In this document: positions 42,053 to 54,896 of the stretch, piece after piece
Numbering within the stretch: position 1 is the stretch's first letter
How the letters are laid out: every line of letters begins with the position of its first letter
Origin: Octopus vulgaris
Lineage: Eukaryota
Assembly (NCBI GenBank): GCA_951406725.2
Contig: OX597818.1
Location: 140,554,001 to 140,618,000 of the forward strand
Reading direction: 5' to 3'
Length of the DNA: 64,000 nucleotides
Program-made: the position numbers and the translations under genes
Notes under the pieces: generated by a model
The model's database searches: none
Seen by the model: the letters and a program-made list of their open reading frames with translations, nothing else
Told to the model about the DNA's origin: nothing

Positions 42053-44169
42053 GCCTGTATCTTATACAATAACTTATATACACGTATTTATTCATATAAT
42101 TGTAGGCGATTGTGTATGTATATTTCTGTATATATGTTTTGTTCTTTAGATTTACCAGTATAAAGCAGTGCTCATTTGCACACGCTTTTGTACCTAAGAT
42201 GGTAAATTAATGGTTCGTTTTGGGATGATGATATTAACACCTGACTAAATTAATTACTAAGATAAATATTATCAACAAAATAATCTTTAAGGCCTTGCCT
42301 GACCGGAGCTCACTCCAGTAACATGAACTATTAAAAGAGGATAAAAAAGATACGTTTTACAAAACATTGACGAGTTAATGGTTGCCACCCCTTTCGTATG
42401 GTTGAGCGGTCTGAGAGAAACAGTAGCCAAATCTTTCTAATGCAAAACAAACATTCTATCTTTAATGATGTAAAACAACTCTAGAAATTAACTTGGAAAA
42501 TAGTTCCAATCAGTTTTGATTAGGATATAAACTGTGGAATGATTCGATGAAATGTGCTTTCTTTATAATCAAAGCCCCTGTCATGGTTACAAATGCAACG
42601 AAAGTTCTCTCCAAAGAACTAGCTTGAACATTTGAACGTACTTTATTCTTTTACTGTTTGCAATCACCAAACTGTACACATGCTGGAGCTTTACATTATC
42701 ATATGCAGAGACTTAGATTATCATATTGAGCCCCACCCTACTTATTTCAGTCTGGTACAGATTTTTTCTGTTTCAATCAATATCTTATGAAATTACTGAA
42801 CTTCTATTGTTTTATACAATACACTATTACACCTGTAATCAGACACACGCACAATGATGATGTGTATGTTTGGGTGTGTATGTGTATATGTACTGCTGTA
42901 TTCACTATTATGTTTCCCCTATACTTTCATACACTCATCTCCCCATCACTCATCAAAGTTTAGTATAGGAGACTACAGTGATCAACTGTACCCCATAGTT
43001 TTACCTTCATCCTCCCCTCCTCTACTGCCGGTCAACACTCTGACTCACTGTCTACTGATATACTCAGAAAACTGAGTACTCCAATCACTTCCCCCCTCAC
43101 CCATTCCTCTTGTCATCATTATTACTCATGTCTCACTCTACAAAGAAATTGGCAAGTGAGCTGACAAATAAGTACTGCAATCCCTTTCAACATGTTGAGG
43201 ACATGGCTACCTTTCTAGTGCTGGTGCCACAAAAGACACACTCAGACCCTTTAATCTTATTAAATACATAGCACTTCTCTAGTGCTGAGGCCACGGAAAA
43301 AGTACACATTATGAAATCAGTGATGTTTAGATGGGCATCCAACCCTAGAAACCATAATATAAACTGAAACAGATGCAAGTTGCAAACCACTGACAATTCT
43401 CATCCGATTAGCCAAATGCAAATCCTGAAAGAACCAAATTTCTCGCCGCCAGCAGGATTTTTGTCGATCCTTAATTTATAGCATTTGGTGGAGATTTATG
43501 TATAGAGTTCATGTATGCAGAACATTCATAAATAGTTGTAGCTTAAGCGGCATTATTAATATGTCATATTATGCGGAACATTTATATTTCTGAGAATATA
43601 CCGAACAATCTGTTCAGATTTTATATTATAAATGATGCAGCCGGGTAGTTTGAATTACTAAACAACGATATGATGCATGGTCTATTACATCATTTGTCAG
43701 CTAAATCTTGATACTCGCTATATCAGTTTATATAACATCCTTGTTAAATATGAGTGGAAAAGTGTGTGCGTGTGTTTGTAATTTTATATATTCGTTTGCG
43801 CGTGTATGTGTATGTACTGGCAAGTTTATTACGCATTTTATTCGTAATGTTATATCTATCTCCATGCGATGGTATAATTAAATTATGCGTGTGTGTTTTG
43901 TGTATATGTGTGTATTATAATTCAATAACTTTCGAGAAGCTACACCAGTGAATAAAGCCCCAATGTTCTTGGCAAAGTCTTTACTAATCTGCCTACGATT
44001 TAAAAGCTGCATAAAACTTTTAGGAACTTTGAAATTTGATTCAGTTCTATAAATGCTTTGACAAGAAACTTCAGATCCTTGAGTCCCTGATGTAGTTTGA
44101 TGAGTAGAAACATTATAATATTAGTACACGGTTTATATATTGAGTTCTACTTCCCGTCAGAGTTTGGAT

Positions 44170-44520
44170 TGTTTCAAACAAATTCCAGAGATACGCTTGC
44201 GGATCTACCACCGAATATGGACAAGACAATATCAAGAACAGGTCTGGTGGTGGTAGCATCCTGATAAATGCCTACAAGCAGAGTTGGAAGAAATTACACT
44301 ACAGACTTCACCAATTCTGTGGAAACCGTTCCACAATGGGCTACGAACAATTCAGAGATAGATAGTCACCATTGGTAAGCAGAAAGGTAACAGTCAGGAC
44401 AGAGAAAACTACCGAAGATTCACTTTCAGTTGCAGTAGCAATGCTAGCAAAACTATTGTACAATGCATTGCAAAATTATTCAAACGCTAGTATGAGTTTC
44501 AATTGTCTACTAACACCAAT
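44170..44520 (+). pseudogene. RTE-like LINE RT N-terminal fragment
   Basis: IVTIGKQKGNSQDRENYRRF resembles IVTiyK.KGd..dc.NYRgISL. Confidence 0.65.
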
Positions 44521-45018
44521 GATATGGTTTTCACGTTCTGATGAATTCAAAAAAGGTTTAGGATGAACAGAAATTCCTGTTCATCCTCATGAGGGGTCAT
44601 TGCCGAAATGCATCTTAACTCGTACTCAAATCGTGGCAGTGAAATCCCGAAATGGAAATAGAAGTGTTTGACTTGATTTTGTGGAGCGTGTTTACACTTC
44701 TGGACTCCAACCCAGCATAGTTTTTATGAAATGAACTATTTTGATTTATATTATTTTGTTTGAGAGGAGTAAGAAAAATGTTTGTAGTCAATTGATATTT
44801 TATTTTATTTAGATTTAGAGTCGCATGACACGCTTTAGAATTTTCAGTCGATTGTATATACCTTCATGATAGGCCGTTCTATATAACTATACTTTTATTT
44901 GCATATATATGTTTTACCTTCTGTGTTCTTTTTTATATGTATTCTTTATATATTGAAAGGCCATGGTAATGATCAAAAGTTTGATGTTTCTTCTGTGATC
45001 AATGTTTTATATATATAT

Positions 45019-45303
45019 AAATGGCCCAGTGGTTAGGGCAGCGGACTCGCGGTCGTAGGATCGCGGTTTCGATTCCCAGACCGGGCGTTGTGAGTGTTTA
45101 TTGAGCGAAAACACCTAAAAGCTCCACGAGTCACCAGCAGGGGTGGTGATCCCTGCTGTACTCTTTCACCACTCTTTCTCCCACTCTTCTGTTGGCCTAC
45201 TCACTTAGCCAGCGGGGTGGCGTCATTCGAAGGCTAAAACAATGCGAACGCATTGTGACCAGCGATGTGTAACAACATCTGATGGTCTGGTCGGTCACGT
45301 GAT

Positions 45304-45310
<7 letters not shown>
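45019..45310 (+). mobile_element. SINE family B, tail type 2
   Basis: aatggcccagtggttagggcagcggactcgcgg..ggtttcgattcccagaccgggcg; ends cacgtgatcacgtga; flanked by (TA)n. Confidence 0.9.
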
Positions 45311-45338
<28 letters not shown>

Positions 45339-45341
<3 letters not shown>

Positions 45342-45525
45342 GTGTGTCTCTGTTTGTCCCCCTCCATCGCTTTGACAACCTATGTTATTGTTTTTACATC
45401 CCCTCCACCTAGCGTTTCGGCAAGAGACCGACAGAATAAGATACTAGGCTTACAAAGATTAGGTCCTGGGATCGAATTGTTCGACTAATGATGGTGCTCC
45501 AGCATGACCGCAGTAGAGAAACCCG

Positions 45526-45571
<46 letters not shown>

Positions 45572-45722
45572 CGGGTTTCTCTCAGTTTCAATCTACCAAA
45601 TCCATTTACAAAGCTGTAGTCGGCTTGAGGCTATAGCTGAAGACACATGTTCAAGGTGCCACGCAGTGGGACTGAACCTGGAGCCATGTGGTTGGTAAAC
45701 AAGCTTCTTGCCACACAGCCAA
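45339..45722. mobile_element. Rearranged SINE family A (3' half on +, 5' half on -)
   Basis: Compared with the intact copy at 49646-50117. Confidence 0.8.
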
Positions 45723-45825
45723 GCAACACTTTCTGTAATTACTCTAGTCAAAACTGTTCCTTATTGATAATGAGAAGACATTTTTTTAAAAATTGTTACT
45801 AAATGGTATAAGCATATGAATACTG

Positions 45826-46000
45826 ATTTCAAATTTTGGCGCCAAGCCAGCAAGTTCAGAGGAGGGGATAAGTCGATTACATGCCCCCCCCCCCCAGTGT
45901 TTAATTGGTACTTATTTTACCGACTAAGAAAGGATAGAGTGTAAAGTCGGCCTCAGTAGAATTGGAATCGTTAAAACGGGCGAAATGCGCCCTGCCAGAC
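45826..46000 (-). mobile_element. Diverged SINE family C copy
   Basis: aagtcgattacat..ccccagtg..ggtacttattttaccgac..gaaaggat. Confidence 0.7.
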
Positions 46001-46889
46001 CACCGTATTATATTGATTCTGATATAAATAAGTAAAAAGATAAAAGAAACAATAAAATTAGCCATAAATTATTTTATATCAATTGATATAAAAAACATTA
46101 TTATAGTTCAAAGGTGAAAATAGTGAATACGAAGTAAAGTGAAAAGAGCTAAGTTAATTATTTTAAACAAAATAATTATATACATTAATGGAGATTTAAT
46201 CATTATAATCAATATTTAAATATGTTATATATAATATGTATTTCATTATACATAAGATTACTGTACAATCAAATTTAATTGCAACTTTATAATTTATAGC
46301 TTATGAATCACATATACGTTAGGTTTATAAATTACAGATTTTATAGCTTTTTATGGATTAAAGATAGTTTATAGATTGCAGTTTATGAATCACATTTATG
46401 TATATCATTAGTTGGTAGTACTAGAGCATGAAAATATTGAACATACTTATCAATTTATTGGTTATACCTTCACCACATGTATTTTACCATCGCTCTTCTT
46501 ACCGTCAGATCTGCATCTGATATACCAGCTTAATATAAACAATCGTCTTTGTCTTTCTCTTCTTCTTTCGTCTTCCTTTTTCTCTGATAAAAAAATCAAC
46601 TGGTCTAGCATCATCCTTAATCCTCTTCCATTTGCCCTTCCATACGTACTTCCTTCATGCATTTCTACAGTAAATTAACCAGTAGTGAATAATTATATCC
46701 ATTTAACCGACGACACGTTTCACAATTCCCGCATATGAGAACCCTCAATTTAATCGTTTCATCCGCACTCTGATAATTTCGAAATTAGACAGAAACGCGA
46801 TTGTACGCAAAATACCGTAGCCAGTATCGTTTTACGTAGGTATATATATCAAGTTATACATAATACATATACGTCAGTCAAATACTATT

Positions 46890-48190
46890 TTCATGTGCGT
46901 ATATCAATTTAATTCTTTCCAGGCTAACTTTCGAAAAAGTCTACAAAATTTGTTTGCCGATATATTCGAAGCAAGCGTTTTCGGTTTTGCTCGCATTCCA
47001 CAATTGTACACAGTTTCTCTCCTCAAATCATTATATCAGGTTTGTAGTGCTTACATTTTATTGAGGTTTTCACTGGGACATTCCACCAGTACTACTTCTT
47101 ATTACGAGGGGCTATGGCTTCTACCATAGGGTTCTTACTTCTTTGTCCTCGGGGTTATTCCTTCGACGGATTTCATCATAGAGCGTCCTAGCTACAACAT
47201 CATGTCTCGTCGGTAGATAATACCGTGACGATATTTTCGGACAACTGTTTATGATGTGAGTGATATCTTCGGTATTAACTCCACAAATTATGCATCGGTT
47301 GTCACACTTCACTGCTTTTCCTACATCTCTATCCCTTTTGTGCATCAGGTATTTGGTTGATATTTCCTGTTCCTGGATTGCAAACGCATCACCTTCAAAG
47401 TGGGAGGTAGTAATTCAGCTGTCTGTCCTTTGATCCTCAATGTTACTCTCATCTCGGAGATTACTGCTAACATATCCATGAAGAGACTTCTGCTCATATT
47501 TGCTCATCCTTTCATCTGATGATACCTGCGACTTCTTTGGGCATTTATTTAAGGTTATCAGACAAGGAATGTTGATCATGGAGCTGCCTTCCAAATCTTA
47601 CTGTTTTATCAGCCTCATGTATGCAAACTTGTTCAAGGGATACACTTGGCGGTTAAAAGATGTTGCCGAAGGGATATGATAGGACATTCAAAGGCATTTT
47701 GGATCGATGTTAAGCCTCTGCCGCCTTGTTTCCGCTTTAGACAGGGGTGATCTACATCATTGTTGATGTGGAAATTATCTGTACTTGTTTGTATGTTTCG
47801 GGTTTTCACACCAATGGCTCGGATCTCATCAAGCGTTCAATCAAGAAGTCCAAATTTTGGTATGAGTACTAGAACGGCAAACACATTCTCGGTCATTGTT
47901 TTATTGAATGCAAACAGTTCCGAGTTCCAAATTTTTTTTGTTCGACATTAGTATTCTTTAGTGACACGTGTTGTGTCACAACTGCCTTTGTAAGATATGT
48001 TTTCAACTACTCCTAGATACCTGTAACATTCCTCATCAGATATGGGGGAAAAACTGTCATGTCATTGATGGAGATGTTGCTAGTCTGGTTAACAGTTTTC
48101 CCTTTTTTCACACCCATATAACAACATTTATCCTGACCTAACTCCAACCATGTATGCTTTTAATGTTTACAACCCATGCTACAACTATTA
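46890..48190 (-). pseudogene. Decayed R4/Dong-like (RLE-type) LINE, 3' half
   Basis: YRYLGVVEN, LKRKQGGRGL, FAIQEQEISTKYL, CCHC knuckle CIICGVNTEDITHIINSC and RHD motif. Confidence 0.85.
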
Positions 48191-49645
48191 AAATAACTTG
48201 GGTCATTTAGGTGACGTTGTACGTTGAAGCGTATTATTTGCAAGCTATATCTTGATAACTTGGTTAATTAGAATGAGCAGTGACTATTAAAATGGAATCG
48301 AGTAAAAGGCGTTGCAGATTGGTTAATGAAAGCAACGAACGCTGGATGAGAATGTTTAATATCTACGAAATAGTGATGAATGTATTTGAGCGAAAATTTC
48401 TACTGACGCGATGTCTGTAAGAATAAGTTCGAAATAATTTAAAATGTTAGCAAGAGGTTCCGAGTGAAGAAATTATAAAGGAACAAATACACGGAATCAC
48501 ACAGTCTCGTACATTCTCTCACAGTCTCATACATTCTCATACAGATACACACGTTTACACAAATATATAAATACACGGAACACGCACATATATGTATACT
48601 CACATGTATGTATACGTAATGCCTACACGGTAAATATACATGTGTGTATACATACGCAGAGACGTCCACACACGCACAGCTGGAACAATCGTCTTGATTA
48701 TCATCTGAGAATATAGACAAATGTACGACTAACACGTTTTCTATGATTTTGTATGTATATATGTATGTATGCATATGTGTATACATATATGCCTGTGTAT
48801 AAACATGCATGTGTGTACGTGTCCACGCGGGTGCGTATGTGTGTGTGTGTGTGTGTACCTATATATGCGCACATAGATTATGTATGTTGTGTATGAATAT
48901 AGAAGAATAAGAGAGAAGGAAAGTTGGACAGAGGAGAGTGAGAGGTATGGGGAAAAGGAAGGAGGCGGAGAAACTAATCAAACGGATGGTTAAACTCGAT
49001 CAGTTTAGACTGAAATAAATAGCCAAATGTATGTGGACATGTAGACTGAATTCCGTATCGCTACACAGTAAGAATTAATCAAGTATAAAAGCTGTAGGAT
49101 AAGAATTGCGCTGAAGAGCTACATATATTCGGAGAACTCGGTTGAAATAATAATTAGTTATTCTGTTATTAAGGGTTTAATTAGCTGTACAGCAAATCCT
49201 GTGCAACGGACTGAGAAACCAAGACAAATTTTTGATACAATTTACTGAAACTCTCGTGTAAGAATAATAATAATAATAACAAAAGAAATAAGCTGAGAAA
49301 TTGTTTCGTAAACGTAAATCAAGTTTTCGTAATATTTATATATACTGAGGTACATTCACTCACACAAACACTTGCAAAAAAACAAGTGCGTTCGATTAAC
49401 GACGAAAATGACATCAAAAAGTGATACAAAGCGAATGCAAATTTTTGATTAGTTATGAATAGTTTCATGCTCAGAAGGGAATTGAGGTTATAAAAGTTCC
49501 TTCGACGGTTCGAGCCTACGCACGATTTCTGGAAATATATTAGAAGATAGAAATCTCACAGAGAATACAGAATAATCCAATCTACTGTGTCGAACCTATG
49601 TGTATGCATAAATATACGTATGTATGTATACATAAATATATATAT

Positions 49646-49817
49646 AGGTGCAGGAGTGGCTGTGTGGTAAGTAGCTTGCTTACCAACCACATGGTTCCGG
49701 GTTCAGTCCTACTGCGTGGCATCTTGGGCAAGTGTCTTTTACTATAGCCTCGGGCCGACCAAAGCCTTGTGAGTGGATTTGGTAGACGGAAACTGAAAGA
49801 AGCCCGTCGTATATATG

Positions 49818-49876
<59 letters not shown>

Positions 49877-50115
49877 GTGCTTGTATGTTTGTGTGTCTGT
49901 GTTTGTCCCCCTAGCATTGCTTGACAACCGATACTGGTGTGTTTATGTCCCCGTTACCTAGCGGTTCGGCAAAAGAGACCGATAGAATAAGTACTGGGCT
50001 TACAAAGAATAAGTCCCGGGGTCGAGTTGCTCGACTAAAGGCGGTGCCCCAGCATGGCCGCAGTCAAATGACTGAAACAAGTAAAAGAGTAAAAGAGTAA
50101 AAGAGAGTAAAAGAG

Positions 50116-50117
<2 letters not shown>
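49646..50117 (+). mobile_element. SINE family A, full length
   Basis: aggtgcaggagtggctgtgtggtaag..(TA)n..ggtgccccagcatggccgcagtcaaatgactgaaacaa(gtaaaaga)n. Confidence 0.92.
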
Positions 50118-50169
<52 letters not shown>

Positions 50170-50171
<2 letters not shown>

Positions 50172-50543
50172 TAAATTAGAGATAAAACCACTATTAGGCA
50201 AATCATACAATGACAAACTTAAGCCAATACATAAGATTATTTAATTTATATTATTTAAATATATAACAAAATTATTAAAAAAATAATTAATATAACACTA
50301 CGATCGTTTCATGGCTGTCCAACTCTTAAAATTTCGAGTTACAGTCATTCATTAAACCACCTGATGAATGACCGTAACTCGAAAATTTAAAGAAATTAAC
50401 AGCCATGAAACGATCGTAGTGTTATATTAATTATATTTTTGGAATAATTTTGTTATATAATTAAATAATATACATTAAACAATCTTATGTACTGGCTTAA
50501 GTTTTTCATTGTATGATTTGCCTAATAGTGGTTTTATCTCTAA

Positions 50544-50549
<6 letters not shown>
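50170..50549. mobile_element. ~380-bp fold-back element inside (TA)n containing a hammerhead motif
   Basis: 50170-50352 is the reverse complement of 50364-50549, with an ~11-nt loop. Confidence 0.85.
50358..50421 (+). ncRNA. Putative minimal type I hammerhead ribozyme
   Basis: cac-CTGATGA-atgaccgt...acagccat-GAAAC-gatc-GTA-gtg: intact core, stem I cac/gtg, imperfect stem II, palindromic stem III. Confidence 0.7.
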
Positions 50550-50586
<37 letters not shown>

Positions 50587-50643
50587 TATATACATATGTC
50601 TATGTGTGTGTCATACACACACTCAGACACACGCATACATATG

Positions 50644-50711
<68 letters not shown>

Positions 50712-51109
50712 GTACATACACGTGCGGTAATGTTTACGCACATGCGTACATACAGGTGCGGTGATGCCAGAGCTACATACTATTATATATAACTTCTCCA
50801 CGTTTGAAATCTGATGTATATAATGCAAACAACATTATACATATAAAATATACCCTGCTCTTAATCATGCGACGATTCCTGCTTGTATATATTTTCCACA
50901 AGAACACTTAAATTTTAAAATATCAAGGAAAATATATCAAATATTTCCACCCGGTGATTTTAGATCGATTTCGCAATCGGTTGATCACTCAGTCAATCAC
51001 TTAATCAATCAATAAACTAGTTATGTAGATGAACAGTTTCTCTCGATTCGTATCAGTTTTACAGGTTTCTCAGTGGATAGGTTACGATATAGATAATTTT
51101 GGAAATGAT

Positions 51110-52217
51110 AAAGAAGAAAGGGAAGAAGTAGTAGTGGTAGAAGAAGAAGAGGTAGAAGAAGAAGAGGTAGAAGAAGAAGAAGAAGAAGAAGAAAAAGAAG
51201 AAGAAGAAGAAGAAGAAGGAAGAGGAGGAGCAGAAGAAGGAGAAGATGATGAAGAAGAAGGGGAAGAAAAGAAGAAAAGGAAGAAGGAGGAGAGAAGAAG
51301 AAGAAGAAGAAGAAGAGGAAAAGAAGATGAAGAAGAAGAAGAGGAGGAGAAGAAGAAGAAGAAGAAGAAGAAGTGGAGGAGGAGGAGAAGAAGAAGAAGA
51401 AGAAGAAGAATAGAAGAAGAAGAAGAATAGAAGAAGAAGAAGAAGAAGAAGAAGAGGAGGAGAAGAAGAAGAAGAAAAAGCGAAGGAGAAGAAGAAGAAG
51501 AAGAAGAAGAAGAAGAGGAGGAGAAGAAGAAGATGAAGAAGATGAAGAAGAAGAAAAAGAAAAAAAAAGAATAAGAAGAAAAAGAAGGAAAAAAAGAAGA
51601 ATAGAAGAAGAAGAAGAAGAAGAAGAAGAAGAAGAAGAAGAAGAGGAAGAGGAGGAGAAGAAGAAGAAGAAGAGGAGGAGGAGAAGAAGAAAAAGAAGAA
51701 AAAGAAGAAAAGAAGAGGAAGGAGAAGAATAGAAGAAGAAGAATAGAAGAAGAAGAAGAAGAAGAAGAGGAAGAGGAGAAGAAGAAAAAAGAAAAAGAAA
51801 AAGAAGAAGAAGAAGAAGAAGAAGAAGAAGAAAAAGAAAAAGAAGAAGAAAAGTAGAAAAAGAAGAAGAAGAAGAAAAAGAAGAAGAAAAAGAAGAAGAA
51901 GAAAAAGAAGAAGAAGAAGAAAAAGTAGAAGAGAAAGAAGAAGAAGAAGAAGAAGAAGAATAGAAGAAGAAGAAGAAGAAGAAAAAGAAAAAGAAGAAGA
52001 AAAAGAAGAAGAAAAAGAAGAAGAAAGAAGAAGAAGAAGAAGAAGAAGAAGAAGAAGAAGAAGAAAAAGTAGAAGAAGAAAGAAGAAGAAGAAGAAGAAG
52101 AAGAAGAAGAAGAAGAAGAAGAAGAAGAAGAAGAAGAAGAAGAAGAAGAAGAAGAAGAAGAAAAAGTAGAAGAAGAAGAAGAAGAAGAAGAAGAAGAAGA
52201 ATAGAAGAAGAAGAAAA
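51110..52217. repeat. ~1.1-kb (GAA)n-rich polypurine tract
   Basis: Seen directly; source of the poly-E/K/R and F/S/L ORFs. Confidence 0.97.
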
Positions 52218-52427
52218 GTTGTTCGTCCATCTAGGTAAATATCTTCCATTGTTTACTTCAGTCCCTTGCCTTCTGAGTTCAGTTCATCTCAGTATCAACT
52301 GTTCCTTTTACCCCGCGAGGTGGGATAGATAACACTCTGGGTAAGAAAAAGACAGTAAAGGGGAGAGCATGAAACCTAATGCGATGTGGTGTGGCACATA
52401 TTTTGTCATATTTGCGTGGTAATGTAA

Positions 52428-52797
52428 GTGGAGGCGCAATGGCCCAGTGGTTAGGGCAGCGGACTCGCGGTCATAGGATCGCGGTTTCGATTCCCAGACC
52501 GGGCGTTGTGAGCGAAAACACCTAAAGCTCCTCGAGGCTCCGGCAGGGGATGGTGGTGATCCCTGCTGTACTCTTTCACCACAACTTTCTCTCACTCTTA
52601 CTTCCTGTTTCTGTTGTACCTGTATTTCAAAGGGCCGGCCTTGTCACTCTCTGTGTCACGCTGAATATCCCCGAGAACTACGTTAAGGGTACACGTGTCT
52701 GTGGAGTGCTCAACCACTTACACGTTAATTTCACGAGCAGGCTGTTCCGTTGATTCGGATCAACCGGAACCCTCGTCGTCGTAACCGACGGGGTGCT
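52428..52797 (+). mobile_element. SINE family B, tail type 3
   Basis: Head nearly identical to 45019; the 3' half after ctctttcaccac is unrelated. Confidence 0.9.
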
Positions 52798-53784
52798 TCT
52801 TAGAAAAAAGGTAATGTAATCAATCACTTGTCAGTTGGTGAGGATTCAGAGGAATCAGCTCTGATGCAAGAATGCGGGTCGGATCTTCGGTGTAGGGGTG
52901 CGTGTTTTCTCTGTATCTTACAAACCTCGGAAACCCTTCCATTTTGACAACGACAGAAAAGGAAATTATAGCGATTATACAGCAGAACAATAATAAAAAC
53001 AGTAACATGAATTTTAAAAGAGAACTGGTGTTAAAAACAGGAAGTTACGTAACAAGTCCAAGACATAGGAAGAGACGGAAATGTTTAAGAATGTGAAGAT
53101 TTTGTAAGACATGAACAAAAAGTTGAAGTAATTTCCTAAAACTGAAGAAAAAGGAAAAACATAATACTTTTTTTTAAAAATATGTATGAAGAAACCAAAA
53201 GAAAATATGAGTTACAAATAAACGAGGAAAAAAAAGCATAGCCACCATCGCAGATTATGTAAGAGGGTTTAAAAAGTACGATGTTTCAAAAAAATTAAAA
53301 CCTCTGATTTTAGACATGTCTGTGAATTCATTTAGCTTCAGAATGGATTGCACAACCGTTAAATTTAATACATGCGATAGTTTTTCAGCAAAGTTAAAAA
53401 GCATGTCTTCGGTTACGGCAATTTCCAAATGTTTCAGTTTACCATCTGTCCGATCTTCCGTATTTGCATTTTTTCCGTGGTTTCATGTTTTCCTTTTGTC
53501 TTTTTGTATTTCACTATTGGTGGTATACTCTTCTATATTTTTTTCTTCATTTCGTTATCTATTTTTTTTTTGCCTCTTGTACTTCTCACTTATATATGTT
53601 TGTGCGCGTGTGCATGTGTGTATGTATGTGTCTGTGTGTGTGAGTGCGTGTGTGCGTCTGTCTATACATAAATATGCATATATATGTATATATGTGTGTA
53701 TATTATATGCATGTAAGTATATGTATGTATTATATATGTATAAACAGATAGATAGATAGATAGATAGATAGATAGGTAGGAATG

Positions 53785-53834
<50 letters not shown>

Positions 53835-53929
53835 CAGAATATTCGATACGTAAATAAGTACATGCATAATATATATATATAATATACATATATAACACTT
53901 ATATGACGGTAAAGCTTATTAATATTAAT

Positions 53930-54896
<967 letters not shown>

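Noticed and set aside
44560-44587. 28-bp near-palindrome aggatgaacag-aaattc-ctgttcatcct
   Set aside because: Isolated, with no U-tract or second copy; no function can be supported.
46708-46770. Minus-strand CGGATGA..GAAACGTGTC hammerhead-like motif
   Set aside because: Core mismatch and no stem I pairing; too degenerate to call.
52428-52505. tRNA gene
   Set aside because: A/B boxes are present, but they continue into a SINE body found in several copies and no convincing cloverleaf is seen.
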